64,000 bases of DNA, from positions 5,664,001-5,728,000 of the forward strand of contig OZ245006.1 in assembly GCA_965223545.1 (NCBI GenBank). The letters are read 5' to 3'. The position numbers and the translations under genes were made by a program. This document shows, piece by piece, positions 37,804 through 47,582 of the stretch. Origin of the DNA: Planctomycetota bacterium. GTDB taxonomy: Bacteria; Planctomycetota; UBA1135; UBA2386. Under the pieces are notes generated by a model. It saw nothing but the letters and a program-made list of their open reading frames with translations, did not search any database and was not told the origin of the DNA. Position 1 is the first letter of the stretch. Every line of letters begins with the position of its first letter.

Positions 37804-38820
37804 ATGGTGCATCGCTCTCGCCTCCGCCGGACTCGCCGCGCGCCCGCCGCGGGCGCCTGTTTCGCCCTGTTGGTCGCGGCCTGCGCAGCGCCGCCACCGG
37901 CTGTCGACAGCCATCGCATCGGCCGGCCGGCCGGCCATGGTCCCCGCGTCCTGGCGGTGATCGCCCATCCGGACGACGAGATCGCCTTCGCCGCCGCCGT
38001 TTATCTCAACTCGGTGGCGCTCGGCGGCACTTGTGACCTCCTGGTGATCACCAACGGCGAGGGTGGCTACAAGTACTCGACGCTGGCCGAGCCCATCTAC
38101 GGCCTCGAGCTCACCGATCCGGACGTGGGCCGCCGGCACCTGCCGGACATCCGCCGCGCGGAGCTGATCGAGGGCTGCGCGCTGCTCGGCTTCCACGAGC
38201 TGGTGATGCTGCGCGAGACCGACCACCGCTACACCCTCGACGCCGGCGAAGTGCTGGCGGCGGACGCCGCGGTCTGGGATCTGGCGCGGGTCGCGGCGGT
38301 GTTGGACGAGCGGCTGCAGGCAGGCCACTACGACTTCGTGCTGACCCACTTGCCCGTGCCGGCCACGCACGGGCACCACAAGGCGGCGACCATCCTGGCG
38401 CTCGATGCGGTCGGCCGGCTGCCCGCCGGCCGCCGCCCGGTCGTGCTCGGCTCGGGCCGCCGCCCGCGGGCCGCGACGGAAGATCGGCCCGAGGTGCCGC
38501 GCTTCGCGCAGCTCGAGGGCCATCCCATCACGCGCGTCGATCCGACCGCGCTGTTCGCCGTCGACCGCACCGCCAAGTTCGGCCACCGGCACCAGCTCGA
38601 CTACCGCATCGTCGCCAACTGGGCGATCGCCGCGCACAAGTCGCAGGGCACCATGCAGACCTTCGTCAACGGGCGCGGCGAAGAGGTCTACTACCTGTTC
38701 GAGCTCTCCGGCACCGGTGCGCGGGAGCGGGCGGAGGGGTGGTTCGCGGCGCTCGCCGCGGCCCAGCAGCGCGCCGCGGCAGTGCACGCGCACACCGTCG
38801 AGCCCGAGGCCGGCTCTTGA
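37804..38820 (+). CDS. PIG-L/LmbE-family deacetylase, lipoprotein
   Basis: Lipobox LVAAC; AHPDDE, TNGEGG, IRRAE, HGHH, AHKSQ. Confidence 0.9.
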   Translation: MVHRSRLRRTRRAPAAGACFALLVAACAAPPPAVDSHRIGRPAGHGPRVLAVIAHPDDEIAFAAAVYLNSVALGGTCDLLVITNGEGGYKYSTLAEPIYGLELTDPDVGRRHLPDIRRAELIEGCALLGFHELVMLRETDHRYTLDAGEVLAADAAVWDLARVAAVLDERLQAGHYDFVLTHLPVPATHGHHKAATILALDAVGRLPAGRRPVVLGSGRRPRAATEDRPEVPRFAQLEGHPITRVDPTALFAVDRTAKFGHRHQLDYRIVANWAIAAHKSQGTMQTFVNGRGEEVYYLFELSGTGARERAEGWFAALAAAQQRAAAVHAHTVEPEAGS

Positions 38821-40037
38821 AGGGCGCGCGGGTCGTGGCGGGGCTCGCTGGTTTGCTCGGTCTCGCGGTCAGCGTGGCGGCTCAGGACGGCTCGGTCTCG
38901 CTGCAGTGGCAGACCGCGCGCGGGGCCATGGCGCCGGCGGTGGCCGCGGGTCCGCGGGGAGTTTGGCTGAGTTGGCTCGAGCCCCACGTCACCGAGGAAG
39001 GCGGCCGGGGGCACCGCCTGCGGGTGGCGAAGATCGCCGGCAATGCGGTGGGGAAGGCGACGACCGTCCGCGCGGGCAACGACTTCTTCGCCAACTGGGC
39101 CGATCTGCCCGGCGTGACCGCCGCGGGCGATGGCCGCCTGCTGGCGCACTGGCTGCAGCGCGGCGGTGCATCGACCTACGCCTACGAGGTCCACCTCGCC
39201 GAGTCGGCGGACGGGGGCGAGAGCTGGCAGGCGCGTGGCCGGCTGCACGGCGGCGACGCACCGGTCCAGCACGGCTTCGTCTCGATGGTCGCCGCGGGGG
39301 ATGGGCTGCGCGCGTTCTGGTTGGACGGCAGGGTGACGGAGCAGGACGCCGCCGCGACCGGCGCGAAGATGACGCTGCGCACCGCCATGGTCGGTGACCC
39401 GGACAGCGAGGAGATCGTCGACGGCGACGTCTGCAGCTGTTGCCCGACGGCGGCGGTCGCGGTGGGAGACGGTGTGCTCGTCGCCTACCGCGACCGGACC
39501 CGCGGCGAGGTGCGGGACATCGCGTTGGTGCGGCACGCGGCGGACGGCTTCGACGGGCCGCGGCCGGTGGCGGGCGAGGGCTGGCACATGCCGGCGTGTC
39601 CGGTCAATGGGCCGTCGGTGGCGGCGGCGGCGGACGAGGTCGTCGTCGCGTGGTACACCGGCGCCGGCGGCGGCCGTGTGCTGGCGTGCCGGTCGACCGA
39701 CGCGGGCAAGAGCTTTGCCGCGCCCGTCGTCGTCGACGACGGTGACCCGGTCGGCCGGGTATCGATGGCGTTTGCCGCAGGTGTGCCGGTGGTCTGCTGG
39801 CTCGGCCGCGACGGTGACCGGGCGGCGCTGCGCTTGGCGCGGCTCGGTGACACCGGCGTCGCCCCGCCGCTGACCCTGGCGCACGTGGCGCCGTCGCGGC
39901 GGAGCGGCACGCCGCGTATGGTGGCGCGGGAAGGCGCGCTGTTCGTCGTTTGGCGGCAGCCGTCGGCCACCGAGGGCGGGCTGCGTGCGGCGCGCGTGCC
40001 GCTGGCCGCGCTGCCGCCGATCTCCGCTCGCGATTGA
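38817..40037 (+). CDS. secreted BNR/sialidase-fold protein with CxCC and CPxxGP motifs
   Basis: NWADLP, SADGGESW, DVCSCCPT, YRDRT...RDI, WHMPACPVNGP, STDAGKSF; TTGA overlap with the PIG-L gene. Confidence 0.8.
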   Translation: MKGARVVAGLAGLLGLAVSVAAQDGSVSLQWQTARGAMAPAVAAGPRGVWLSWLEPHVTEEGGRGHRLRVAKIAGNAVGKATTVRAGNDFFANWADLPGVTAAGDGRLLAHWLQRGGASTYAYEVHLAESADGGESWQARGRLHGGDAPVQHGFVSMVAAGDGLRAFWLDGRVTEQDAAATGAKMTLRTAMVGDPDSEEIVDGDVCSCCPTAAVAVGDGVLVAYRDRTRGEVRDIALVRHAADGFDGPRPVAGEGWHMPACPVNGPSVAAAADEVVVAWYTGAGGGRVLACRSTDAGKSFAAPVVVDDGDPVGRVSMAFAAGVPVVCWLGRDGDRAALRLARLGDTGVAPPLTLAHVAPSRRSGTPRMVAREGALFVVWRQPSATEGGLRAARVPLAALPPISARD

Positions 40038-40112
40038 CCCCTGGCCGACGCCGACGTGGTGATGCCGACGTGGTATCGTCGTCGGCGGGTCTCCGCGAAG
40101 GGTCAAGTCGCC

Positions 40113-41888
40113 ATGACGCGTTCCAGTCCGCCGTCGCTCCGCGCGATCGCTCTCGTACTCGGCATCGGGGCGTTGCTCGCCTGGCTGCTCTGCCAGACGA
40201 TCTCGTTCGGCGCGCAGCCACACCCGCGCCTACCCCTGCTCCAGCTGTTGGTCGTCCTGGTTGCGACCGGCTCGATGGCGATCGCGATCGCGTTCCGCCA
40301 CGCGATCGCGCCGCTGATCGTGCTGGCGCTCTACTCCGCCGCGCTCGCGGTCTGCGCGTCCGCTCTGTTCGACGGTGGGCCGTTCGCGTTGAACGGGCTG
40401 CAGGGCGATGCGTGGTTCTGCGTGACCGCGGCCGCGCGGTTCGCGGACACGTGGGCGTATCAGGACTTCTGCTACAAGGACCTGCCGTCGTACTACGCTC
40501 CGTTCTTCTTCTGGTTGGCGGGACGCGTGGGGCAGGTGCTGGGTGCCGCACCGATGGAGATTTGGAAGTACGCGGTGATCGTCGCCGCGTTCGTAGCGCC
40601 GGTGTTCGCCTACAGCGTGACGTGGCGCACGTGCCGGCGCTGCCCTTGGACCGCGCTCACCGCGGCCGTCTTGCTGACGGTCGTGTGGGGCGACGAATTG
40701 CTGTACAAGCCGCACTCGTTCTTCGCCAACGTCGGCTTCGCGGCCTGGGCGATCGCGTTCGTCGGGTCGCCGCCGAAGACGTGGCCCGGCCTGCTGAAGG
40801 GGGCCGTGCTCGGTGGGCTCCTCTTCCAGACCTACTACTACCCGTTCTTCGTCCTGCTCCCGCTGCTGGCGCTGATGTCGGTGGCGCGGGCGAGCGGGCG
40901 CACGGCTTGGCAGTTCTCGCTGGGGTGGCGCAGTGGCGTACTGCTGGCGGGCGCGGCGGTCTGCGCCATGCCGTTCTGGGCCCCGCTCGCGCTCAGCCTG
41001 GGGGAGGGATCGGAGTCGGTGTCGAACCGCTGGTTCCAGGACCGACACCTCGCGTTCTGGACTCCCGTGGGGCCGCAGATCACGGTCGCAGCGGTGGTCG
41101 GGTTTCTCGGTCTGGCGGTCGTCTCGCTGCGCAACGGCCGCCGCGCCCGCTGCGCGCGGCTGCTGTTCGTCGCGGCGCTGGCGTGGTATGCGATCTGCTT
41201 CGCCAGTGCCGTCGTGTTCGACGTGCCATTGCTGCACTTCCGCACGGAGGGAGTGGTCGAGGCGACGCTGGCGCCGTTTGCCGCGATCGGCCTGGCCGAG
41301 CTCGCCGCGGCCGCCGCGCGCAGGGCGCGGTCCGGGGCGGCGGTACGTAGGGTCACGGCTGTCCTCGGCCTGATCGGCCTGGCAGCCCTGACCCAGTCGC
41401 GGCTGATGCGCACCTACGGGTCCGAGCTGTACGAAAACACGCGCCGCGACGCGCAGGGGCCACCAGCGCTTGCCCCGAACCTGTCCCAGCAGCTGCGGTC
41501 GCGGGTGGTGCTCGGTGGGCTCGCTGCGCGGCCGTTGGCGGCGGCCAAGCAGAGCTTCTGCTTCCTCGCTCCGAACGCGTACTTCAGCCATCCGGCGGCA
41601 CGCTTCAGCCAGCGCCTCGAGTTCGTCCGGTCGCTGGCGAAGGCGGAGTCCCAGGCCGCGTTCGTCCAGATGCTCCGGCAGAACCCGTTCGAGCCGATCG
41701 ACTTCCTCCTGCTGACGCGCGTGGCGCGAGGCTCCGGTCAGGGGGCGTTCCTCGAGGTGTACGAGGATCACTACCCGAAGCCCGCGAGCAAAACCCGGGT
41801 CCACTTTCCGGCCCGTCTGCTCCGCGGGCAGCTGCTGTCGGTCGAGGAAACGCCGCTCGGGCCGTTGTTCGAAGTCCGCGCGGGGTAG
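40113..41888 (+). CDS. AftA-like arabinofuranosyltransferase (GT-C)
   Basis: LNGLQGDAWF...DFCYKDLPSYYAPFFFWLAGR...MEIWK resembles the AftA N-domain; YFSHPAARFSQR...FVQMLRQNPFEPID resembles the AftA C-domain; many TMs between. Confidence 0.75.
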   Translation: MTRSSPPSLRAIALVLGIGALLAWLLCQTISFGAQPHPRLPLLQLLVVLVATGSMAIAIAFRHAIAPLIVLALYSAALAVCASALFDGGPFALNGLQGDAWFCVTAAARFADTWAYQDFCYKDLPSYYAPFFFWLAGRVGQVLGAAPMEIWKYAVIVAAFVAPVFAYSVTWRTCRRCPWTALTAAVLLTVVWGDELLYKPHSFFANVGFAAWAIAFVGSPPKTWPGLLKGAVLGGLLFQTYYYPFFVLLPLLALMSVARASGRTAWQFSLGWRSGVLLAGAAVCAMPFWAPLALSLGEGSESVSNRWFQDRHLAFWTPVGPQITVAAVVGFLGLAVVSLRNGRRARCARLLFVAALAWYAICFASAVVFDVPLLHFRTEGVVEATLAPFAAIGLAELAAAAARRARSGAAVRRVTAVLGLIGLAALTQSRLMRTYGSELYENTRRDAQGPPALAPNLSQQLRSRVVLGGLAARPLAAAKQSFCFLAPNAYFSHPAARFSQRLEFVRSLAKAESQAAFVQMLRQNPFEPIDFLLLTRVARGSGQGAFLEVYEDHYPKPASKTRVHFPARLLRGQLLSVEETPLGPLFEVRAG

Positions 41889-42022
41889 TCCGTGGTTGGG
41901 GGGGGCGTCGTCTTCGCGGTCGGGACGGGGCCTTGCTGTTACGGTGGCGTCACAGTGGGCCCCTCGCCGCTCCTGCCGGAGCTTGCGCAGCGACTGGTCC
42001 GCCGTTTGCGACCCACGCCAGC

Positions 42023-44023
42023 ATGGGCAGATGCACGGTGCGCGTTTCCGTGGTGGGTTTGGCGATCGGGCTCGTGGCTGCCCAAGTGGCGCCACATGGC
42101 GGCAGCTACCGCGGCCCCGGCAACGCGGCCCCGCCGACCAACAACAACAACTCGGGCTCGTCGTCGAGCACGTCGGCACCATCGGGCCCCGGGCCGACCT
42201 CGCCCGGCGGTGGATCCGGCGGCTCCAGCGGCCCGGGACCATCGGCCCCGTCGGCACCGGTGGGCGCCGGAGCCGCCGGTGGTGGCCGCGGCGTCGGTCG
42301 CGGCGTGCCGGTCGGCGACGACCTGACCCGCTGGCAGTACTGGTGGGAGTGGAACAAGGACCCCTACCTGCGGTTGAAGGACGCAGTGCATCAGGGCGTG
42401 CAGCGCGGCTCCGACGACGAGTTCTTCGCGCCGACGCGTTCGGTGTTCAGCGTCGACACCCTGCGGCCGACGCGCGCCGACATCGAGGAGCGGGTGATGC
42501 CGGCGCTGATCCGCGCGCTGCGCGGCACCGACCAGCGGGACTTGGTCTCGTCCTGTCTGGTCGCGCTGGCGAAGATCGACCGGGGTGGTGGGGTTGCCGA
42601 CTGGCTCGAGCTGGTCCGCGCCCGGCTCAGCAGCCGTGATCAAGAGATCCGCGAGACCGCCGCACTGGCGCTCGGCATCTCCGGCCGGCAGGAGGCGATC
42701 GGCGATCTGATCGCCCTGCTCACCGACAGCGAAGCGGGGCGGCGGCTGTGCGACCGGGTCGAGGTCGATGTGCGCACGCGTTCCTTCGCGGCCTTTGCGC
42801 TCGGCCTCGCCGGCCGCGGCGTGCCGGTGACGCGCCGCCGGGCGCTGATCGCGCCGTTCGTGCACGTCCTCGAGCAGAACCACAGCAGCCGGGATCTGCC
42901 GGTCGCCGCGATCCATGGCCTGCGGCTGCTGGGCAGCGCCGGTGGCGAGCTCGATCGCGAACTGGAACGGCCGATCCTGGACGCGCTGTGGTCGTACTTC
43001 GAGCGGGAGCGCGACTCCGGCGCCTACCTGGTGCGCGCCCACGTGCTGACGGCCGTCGCCGAGCTGGTGGGGCCGGGGCGGGACCGCGGCGCCGTGCAGC
43101 GCCAGCGCCTGGCCGGCTTGCTGACCGGCGGTGAGGGCAGCAGTGCCGAGGTCAGCCAGGCGGCGGCGCTGGCCCTGGGGGTGCTCTGCCGGGCGCCGGA
43201 AGAGGAGAGCGAGAGCGCGCCGTTCGTCACAGCGCTGCAGTCGGCGTTCGAACGCGCGAAGGACGCGCAGACGCGCTACTTCGCCCTGGTCGCCCTCGGC
43301 GAGATCGGTGGTGCCGGCTGTGCGCGCTATCTGACCGGAGTGCTCGAGGCCGGCAACAAGGCGCTCGAGCGGCCGTGGGCGGCAGTCGCGCTCGGCATCG
43401 CCGCGTTCCGCGATCCGGCGCTGCGCGATGGCGCCGGGCGCGCGCTGATGCGCCAGCTGGTCGAAGTGCGCAACGAGGAGACCCGGAGCGCGGTGTCGGT
43501 GGCGCTCGGCCTGTGCGGCGACCAGCGCGCCGCCGGCGCGTTGCGGCTGCAGCTGGAGGACAACCGGCACCGCGACGAGCTCGCCGGCTACTCCTGCATC
43601 GGCCTCGCGCTGATGGGCGCGCGCCCGGCGACGGACGAGATCCGCGCGGTCGTCGTGGACTCGGTGCGGCGCCCCGGTCTGCTGCGCCAGGCCGCGGTCG
43701 CGCTCGGCAAGATCGGCGACAAGAGCGCCGGCGAGCTGCTGGTCGGCCTGCTGGGGCAGGGCGACCACAACCTCGCCAAGCTGGCGGCGGTGTCGATCGC
43801 CCTGGGCCAGATCGGCGACCGGCGCTCGATCGAGCCGCTGCTGGAGCTGCTCGAGGACGAGGCGCAGCCGGCGCTGTCGCGCGCGTTCGCCGCGGTCGCG
43901 CTGGGCAGCGTCGCCGACCGGGCCGCGCTGCCGTGGAACTCGGGCGTGGCGTTCGGCGTCAACTACCGGGCGGCGGTGGGGGTGCTCACCAACGGCATTT
44001 CCGGGGTGCTCGACATCTTGTGA
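42023..44023 (+). CDS. secreted HEAT-repeat protein
   Basis: Signal peptide, HGGSYRGPG, Gly/Pro/Ser linker, WQYWWEWNKDPYL, many AALALGxxG HEAT units. Confidence 0.85.
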   Translation: MGRCTVRVSVVGLAIGLVAAQVAPHGGSYRGPGNAAPPTNNNNSGSSSSTSAPSGPGPTSPGGGSGGSSGPGPSAPSAPVGAGAAGGGRGVGRGVPVGDDLTRWQYWWEWNKDPYLRLKDAVHQGVQRGSDDEFFAPTRSVFSVDTLRPTRADIEERVMPALIRALRGTDQRDLVSSCLVALAKIDRGGGVADWLELVRARLSSRDQEIRETAALALGISGRQEAIGDLIALLTDSEAGRRLCDRVEVDVRTRSFAAFALGLAGRGVPVTRRRALIAPFVHVLEQNHSSRDLPVAAIHGLRLLGSAGGELDRELERPILDALWSYFERERDSGAYLVRAHVLTAVAELVGPGRDRGAVQRQRLAGLLTGGEGSSAEVSQAAALALGVLCRAPEEESESAPFVTALQSAFERAKDAQTRYFALVALGEIGGAGCARYLTGVLEAGNKALERPWAAVALGIAAFRDPALRDGAGRALMRQLVEVRNEETRSAVSVALGLCGDQRAAGALRLQLEDNRHRDELAGYSCIGLALMGARPATDEIRAVVVDSVRRPGLLRQAAVALGKIGDKSAGELLVGLLGQGDHNLAKLAAVSIALGQIGDRRSIEPLLELLEDEAQPALSRAFAAVALGSVADRAALPWNSGVAFGVNYRAAVGVLTNGISGVLDIL

Positions 44024-44048
44024 CGCACGCAGCAGCTATCGTCCCGGC

Positions 44049-45296
44049 GTGACGACGACCAGCCACCCCACGCCGGGTCACTCCGCGAGCTCGCCGACAC
44101 CGGTTGCCGTCGGCGAGCGCATTCGCTCGCTCGACGTGCTGCGGGGATTCGCGCTGCTCGGCGTGTTGCTGATGAACATGCAGGCGTTCGCCGAAGTGTT
44201 CGCGGTTTACATGCACCCGTTCGCGGTCGGCGACATCGGCGCGGTGGAGTATGGGCTGTGGTGCCTGCAGCGCGTGTTCGCGGACGGTAAGGCGATGACG
44301 ATCTTCTCGATGCTGTTCGGCGCTGGGATCGTGTTGATGTCGCAGCGTTCCATCGAACGGACCGGGCGCGCTGCTGGACTGCATTACCGGCGGATGTTCT
44401 GGCTGCTGCTGTTCGGCTTCGCGCACGCGACGCTGCTGTGGACCGGTGACATCCTGTTCTTCTACGGCGCCGTCGGGATGCTCGCGTTCGTGCTGCGACG
44501 GGTCTGGCTGTGGCTCCTGCTCGTGCTCGCCCTGCTGTTCTTTGCCGTGCCGATGGTGATGTTCTCGTTCTTGGGCGAGATGCCCGCGGACGAGCTCGCG
44601 GAGCTGGCGGAGATGTGGGCGCCTACGGCCGAGTACGTGCAGACCACGCGCGCGACGATGCGGGGCGATTGGGTCGCGCAAGTCGCGTTCCGGTTCGAGG
44701 AGTGGACCGGGATGATGGGCTTCCTCGTCATCTTCGGTTGGCGCATCTTGGCCAACATGCTGTTCGGTATCGCGCTGTTCCGCCTCGGCGTGTTGTCGGG
44801 AGCCCGGTCCGATGGCTTCTACTGGCGGCTGCTGATCGTCGGCTTCGCCATCGGCCTGCCGCTGTCGGCATGGAGCATCGTCGATCACGAGATGCACGAC
44901 TGGGAGATGGTGCGCTCGATGGGGGTCGGCTCGCTCTTCAACTACGCCGGCAGCCTGTTTGCGGCGCTCGGCTGGATCGGCGTGGTGATGCTCGTCTGTC
45001 GCCGCGGTGCGCTGCCGGCCCTGCGGGAGCGGTTTGCAGCGGTCGGGCAGATGGCGTTCACCAACTACATCATGCACAGCGTGGTCTGCGTGACGATCTA
45101 CAACGGTCATGCCAGCGGTCTCGGCCTGTTCGGCAGCGTGAACCGGGTCTGGCAAGTCCTGATCGTGCTCGGCATCTTCGCGGTGCAGCTCTGGTACTCG
45201 CCGCTGTGGTTGCGCCGCTTCCGCTTCGGGCCGCTCGAGTGGCTGTGGCGCGCGCTGTCGTACTGGCAGCTGCCACCGATGCGCCGGGTGGCGTAG
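44049..45296 (+). CDS. DUF418 (YeiB-like) membrane protein
   Basis: RIRSLDVLRGFALLG, FSMLFGAG, GDILFFYG, VGQMAFTNYI, GPLEWLWR. Confidence 0.92.
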   Translation: MTTTSHPTPGHSASSPTPVAVGERIRSLDVLRGFALLGVLLMNMQAFAEVFAVYMHPFAVGDIGAVEYGLWCLQRVFADGKAMTIFSMLFGAGIVLMSQRSIERTGRAAGLHYRRMFWLLLFGFAHATLLWTGDILFFYGAVGMLAFVLRRVWLWLLLVLALLFFAVPMVMFSFLGEMPADELAELAEMWAPTAEYVQTTRATMRGDWVAQVAFRFEEWTGMMGFLVIFGWRILANMLFGIALFRLGVLSGARSDGFYWRLLIVGFAIGLPLSAWSIVDHEMHDWEMVRSMGVGSLFNYAGSLFAALGWIGVVMLVCRRGALPALRERFAAVGQMAFTNYIMHSVVCVTIYNGHASGLGLFGSVNRVWQVLIVLGIFAVQLWYSPLWLRRFRFGPLEWLWRALSYWQLPPMRRVA

Positions 45297-45313
45297 CGAG
45301 TCGATGCCCCTGG

Positions 45314-46402
45314 TCACCGCGCAGGCCGCGTCGTCGCCGCCAGGCCGATCAGCGCGAGCGGCGTGGCGACCAGCGGATCGTCCTCCTTCATCGTGTCGTT
45401 GAGGCCGGCGAAGGCGCCGTCCTCGCGCTGGTGCGCCAGCAGCGCGTCGCGTACCGGCGTGCGCCAGCCATGTTCGCCGGCGCGCTGCAGCGCGCGGGCC
45501 AGCGTGGTCAAGTAGTAGATGCGCATCCCATCGGCGGTGCGTTGCGCGTCCGGCGCAAAGCCCGGCACCGTGTCCACCGAGAAGTGCGCGCGCAGCCAGT
45601 CCAACGCCGCGTCAGCGACCGCTGGATCGCCGCCGCAGAGCAGCCAGGCGCGCAAGCCGTCGGCGGTGGCGCTGCCGTAGCTGCGCGGCGCTCCCGCGTC
45701 GGCGCCGGCCTTGCTGCGGGCGTGCGGTGGGGTTGGCGTGAAGTGGAAGCCGCCGTCGGCACCGCGGCAGCGCAGTACAAAGCGGCGCGCTCGGCGCAGA
45801 GTGGGGTCCTCCGGTGGCACGCCGGCAGCGCGCAGGGCGGCGACGGCCCAGGCGCTCACCGCGACGCTCAAGAGCTCGGTGTCCAGTGGCTTGTCGGGGT
45901 TGCGGCCGCCAAAGGCGAAGCCGCCGTACTCGACATCGTCGGGCTGCCAGCCGCGGTGTTCGGCGAGCTGTGCTGTGCGCAAGTACGCGACCTGCGCGGC
46001 GCTCTTGGCAGCGGCGTTCTCCGGCTGCAGTGCGCTCAGCGCCAACAGGTAGAACGCGGCGGTGTAGTTGGGGTAATCGAGCCCGGGCCCGGCCAGCCCG
46101 ATCGCGCCATCGTCGCCGGTGTGCGCGGCGAGCCACGAAAGCCCCCGGTGCACGGTCGTTGCATGGGCGCGGCGCATCGGCGGCGGCGCCAGCGCGAACG
46201 CGTACACCGCGATCGCGGTCAGTGAGTGGCCCGGCCGCAGCACGCCGTAGGCCTCCGAGTGCCACGCGCCGTCTTCTCCTTGCGCCGCCGCCAGGTAGGC
46301 CAGCCCCCGCTGCCAGGCCCGTTCGACCGCGCGGTCCACCGTGCTGCCGCAGCCGGCGAGCAGCACCAGGCATGCCAGTTGCGCGGCGTGCCGGCGCCTC
46401 AC
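45314..46402 (-). CDS. prenyltransferase/squalene-oxidase repeat lipoprotein
   Basis: Lipobox LAGC; QW-type repeats YLAAAQGEDGAW, CRGADGGF, HQREDGAF; GTGA coupling to the upstream paralog. Confidence 0.8.
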   Translation of the reverse strand: MRRRHAAQLACLVLLAGCGSTVDRAVERAWQRGLAYLAAAQGEDGAWHSEAYGVLRPGHSLTAIAVYAFALAPPPMRRAHATTVHRGLSWLAAHTGDDGAIGLAGPGLDYPNYTAAFYLLALSALQPENAAAKSAAQVAYLRTAQLAEHRGWQPDDVEYGGFAFGGRNPDKPLDTELLSVAVSAWAVAALRAAGVPPEDPTLRRARRFVLRCRGADGGFHFTPTPPHARSKAGADAGAPRSYGSATADGLRAWLLCGGDPAVADAALDWLRAHFSVDTVPGFAPDAQRTADGMRIYYLTTLARALQRAGEHGWRTPVRDALLAHQREDGAFAGLNDTMKEDDPLVATPLALIGLAATTRPAR

Positions 46403-47481
46403 CGCTCGATCATCGGCAGCATCTTCAGCGGCGTGGTCATCGTGATGATCGAGCACGCAGTGCAGAACACGCGACCGGTGATGCAGTGGTGGCCGGTCCA
46501 GCTGCCGTCGCCGTTCTGGCACCGCCGCAGCGCGTCGATGATCCGGCCGTACCACACCTCCCACGCCGGCTCGTCGGTCTCGTGGTGCAGCGCCTGGGTG
46601 GCGAACACCGCGCCCAGGAACTCCTCGCCGCCCGAGCGGCCGCCGACGTCCTGGTCGAACTCCATGCCCAAGACCACTTGCGTCGCCAGCCGGCCTTCTG
46701 CCGACAGTCCTTCGCCCATTCCGTACAGCACGCGCAGCCCTCCGGCCTGGGTGACGAAGCGCTCCTGCCGGCCCCACTTGTCCTCGCGAAAGATTCCGGT
46801 GCCGGGCTCGAGGCAGTCTTCTTTGAGGTAGCGCACCACGCGTTGTGGTGAGCCGTGCGCGATGGGAACGCCGGCGTCGGCGATGCAGCGCAGCGCCAGC
46901 CACGCGCAGATCGTGGTCAACATCGGCTCGTAGCTGACCTCCCACGCGCCGTTTTCCTTCTGCAGCGCCGAGATCCGCGCCGCCGCGCGCTGCAGCTCGT
47001 CGAGAATGCGTTGGTCGTCGGGCAGCTGGATCGCCTGCCCGGCGATCTGGCTGTAGAGCAGCGACGTCAGGTAGAGATCGATGTTGCGGCCGAGCTTGCC
47101 CTGCAGGAGCGTGTGCTGGTCCATCGTCGCGCCGGAGCCGAAGCCCCGCGTGCGCGGCCGCAGCCAGTCGAGAGCGCGCTGGATCGCGCGCCAGTGCTTG
47201 CCGCGCGTCGGCATCGAGCCGGTCGACAGCAGCGCCACCGTCGCGATGCAGGTGTTGCCGACCTCGCCCGCCGAGCCGGCGTTGTCGCCCCAGGAGCCGT
47301 CGCGGTTCTGCGCGCGCAGCAGCCAGGTGACCGCGCGATCGAGGCTTTCGCGCGCCCGCGGCGGGATCGGGTCGTCGGCTGGGGGGTGCGCGATGGGGGC
47401 GGTGAGCAGGGCGCAGCACAGCAGTGCAGCCGGCGCGTGGCTGCGCCGCGGCGATGGACACCGAGACTCTGACCTTGCCAT
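46399..47481 (-). CDS. secreted prenyltransferase/squalene-oxidase repeat protein
   Basis: Signal peptide; WLLRAQNRDGSW, LQKENGAW, CQNGDGSW repeats. Confidence 0.82.
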   Translation of the reverse strand: MARSESRCPSPRRSHAPAALLCCALLTAPIAHPPADDPIPPRARESLDRAVTWLLRAQNRDGSWGDNAGSAGEVGNTCIATVALLSTGSMPTRGKHWRAIQRALDWLRPRTRGFGSGATMDQHTLLQGKLGRNIDLYLTSLLYSQIAGQAIQLPDDQRILDELQRAAARISALQKENGAWEVSYEPMLTTICAWLALRCIADAGVPIAHGSPQRVVRYLKEDCLEPGTGIFREDKWGRQERFVTQAGGLRVLYGMGEGLSAEGRLATQVVLGMEFDQDVGGRSGGEEFLGAVFATQALHHETDEPAWEVWYGRIIDALRRCQNGDGSWTGHHCITGRVFCTACSIITMTTPLKMLPMIER

Positions 47482-47582
47482 CATCCAACCATCGTCGATC
47501 ATCGCCGTGCCGAGCCGACGCCGATTCTGCCGTAAGGCAGCACGCGCCGTGTCGACTCTACCAGAATTGCAGATTGCCCGTC

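Noticed and set aside
45314..47481. Prenyltransferase-repeat pair as a Rab geranylgeranyltransferase for the Rab-like GTPase, or as squalene-hopene cyclase
   Set aside because: Both look exported, the GTPase lacks a CC/CXC/CAAX tail, they lie 20 kb apart, and no DxDD motif is present
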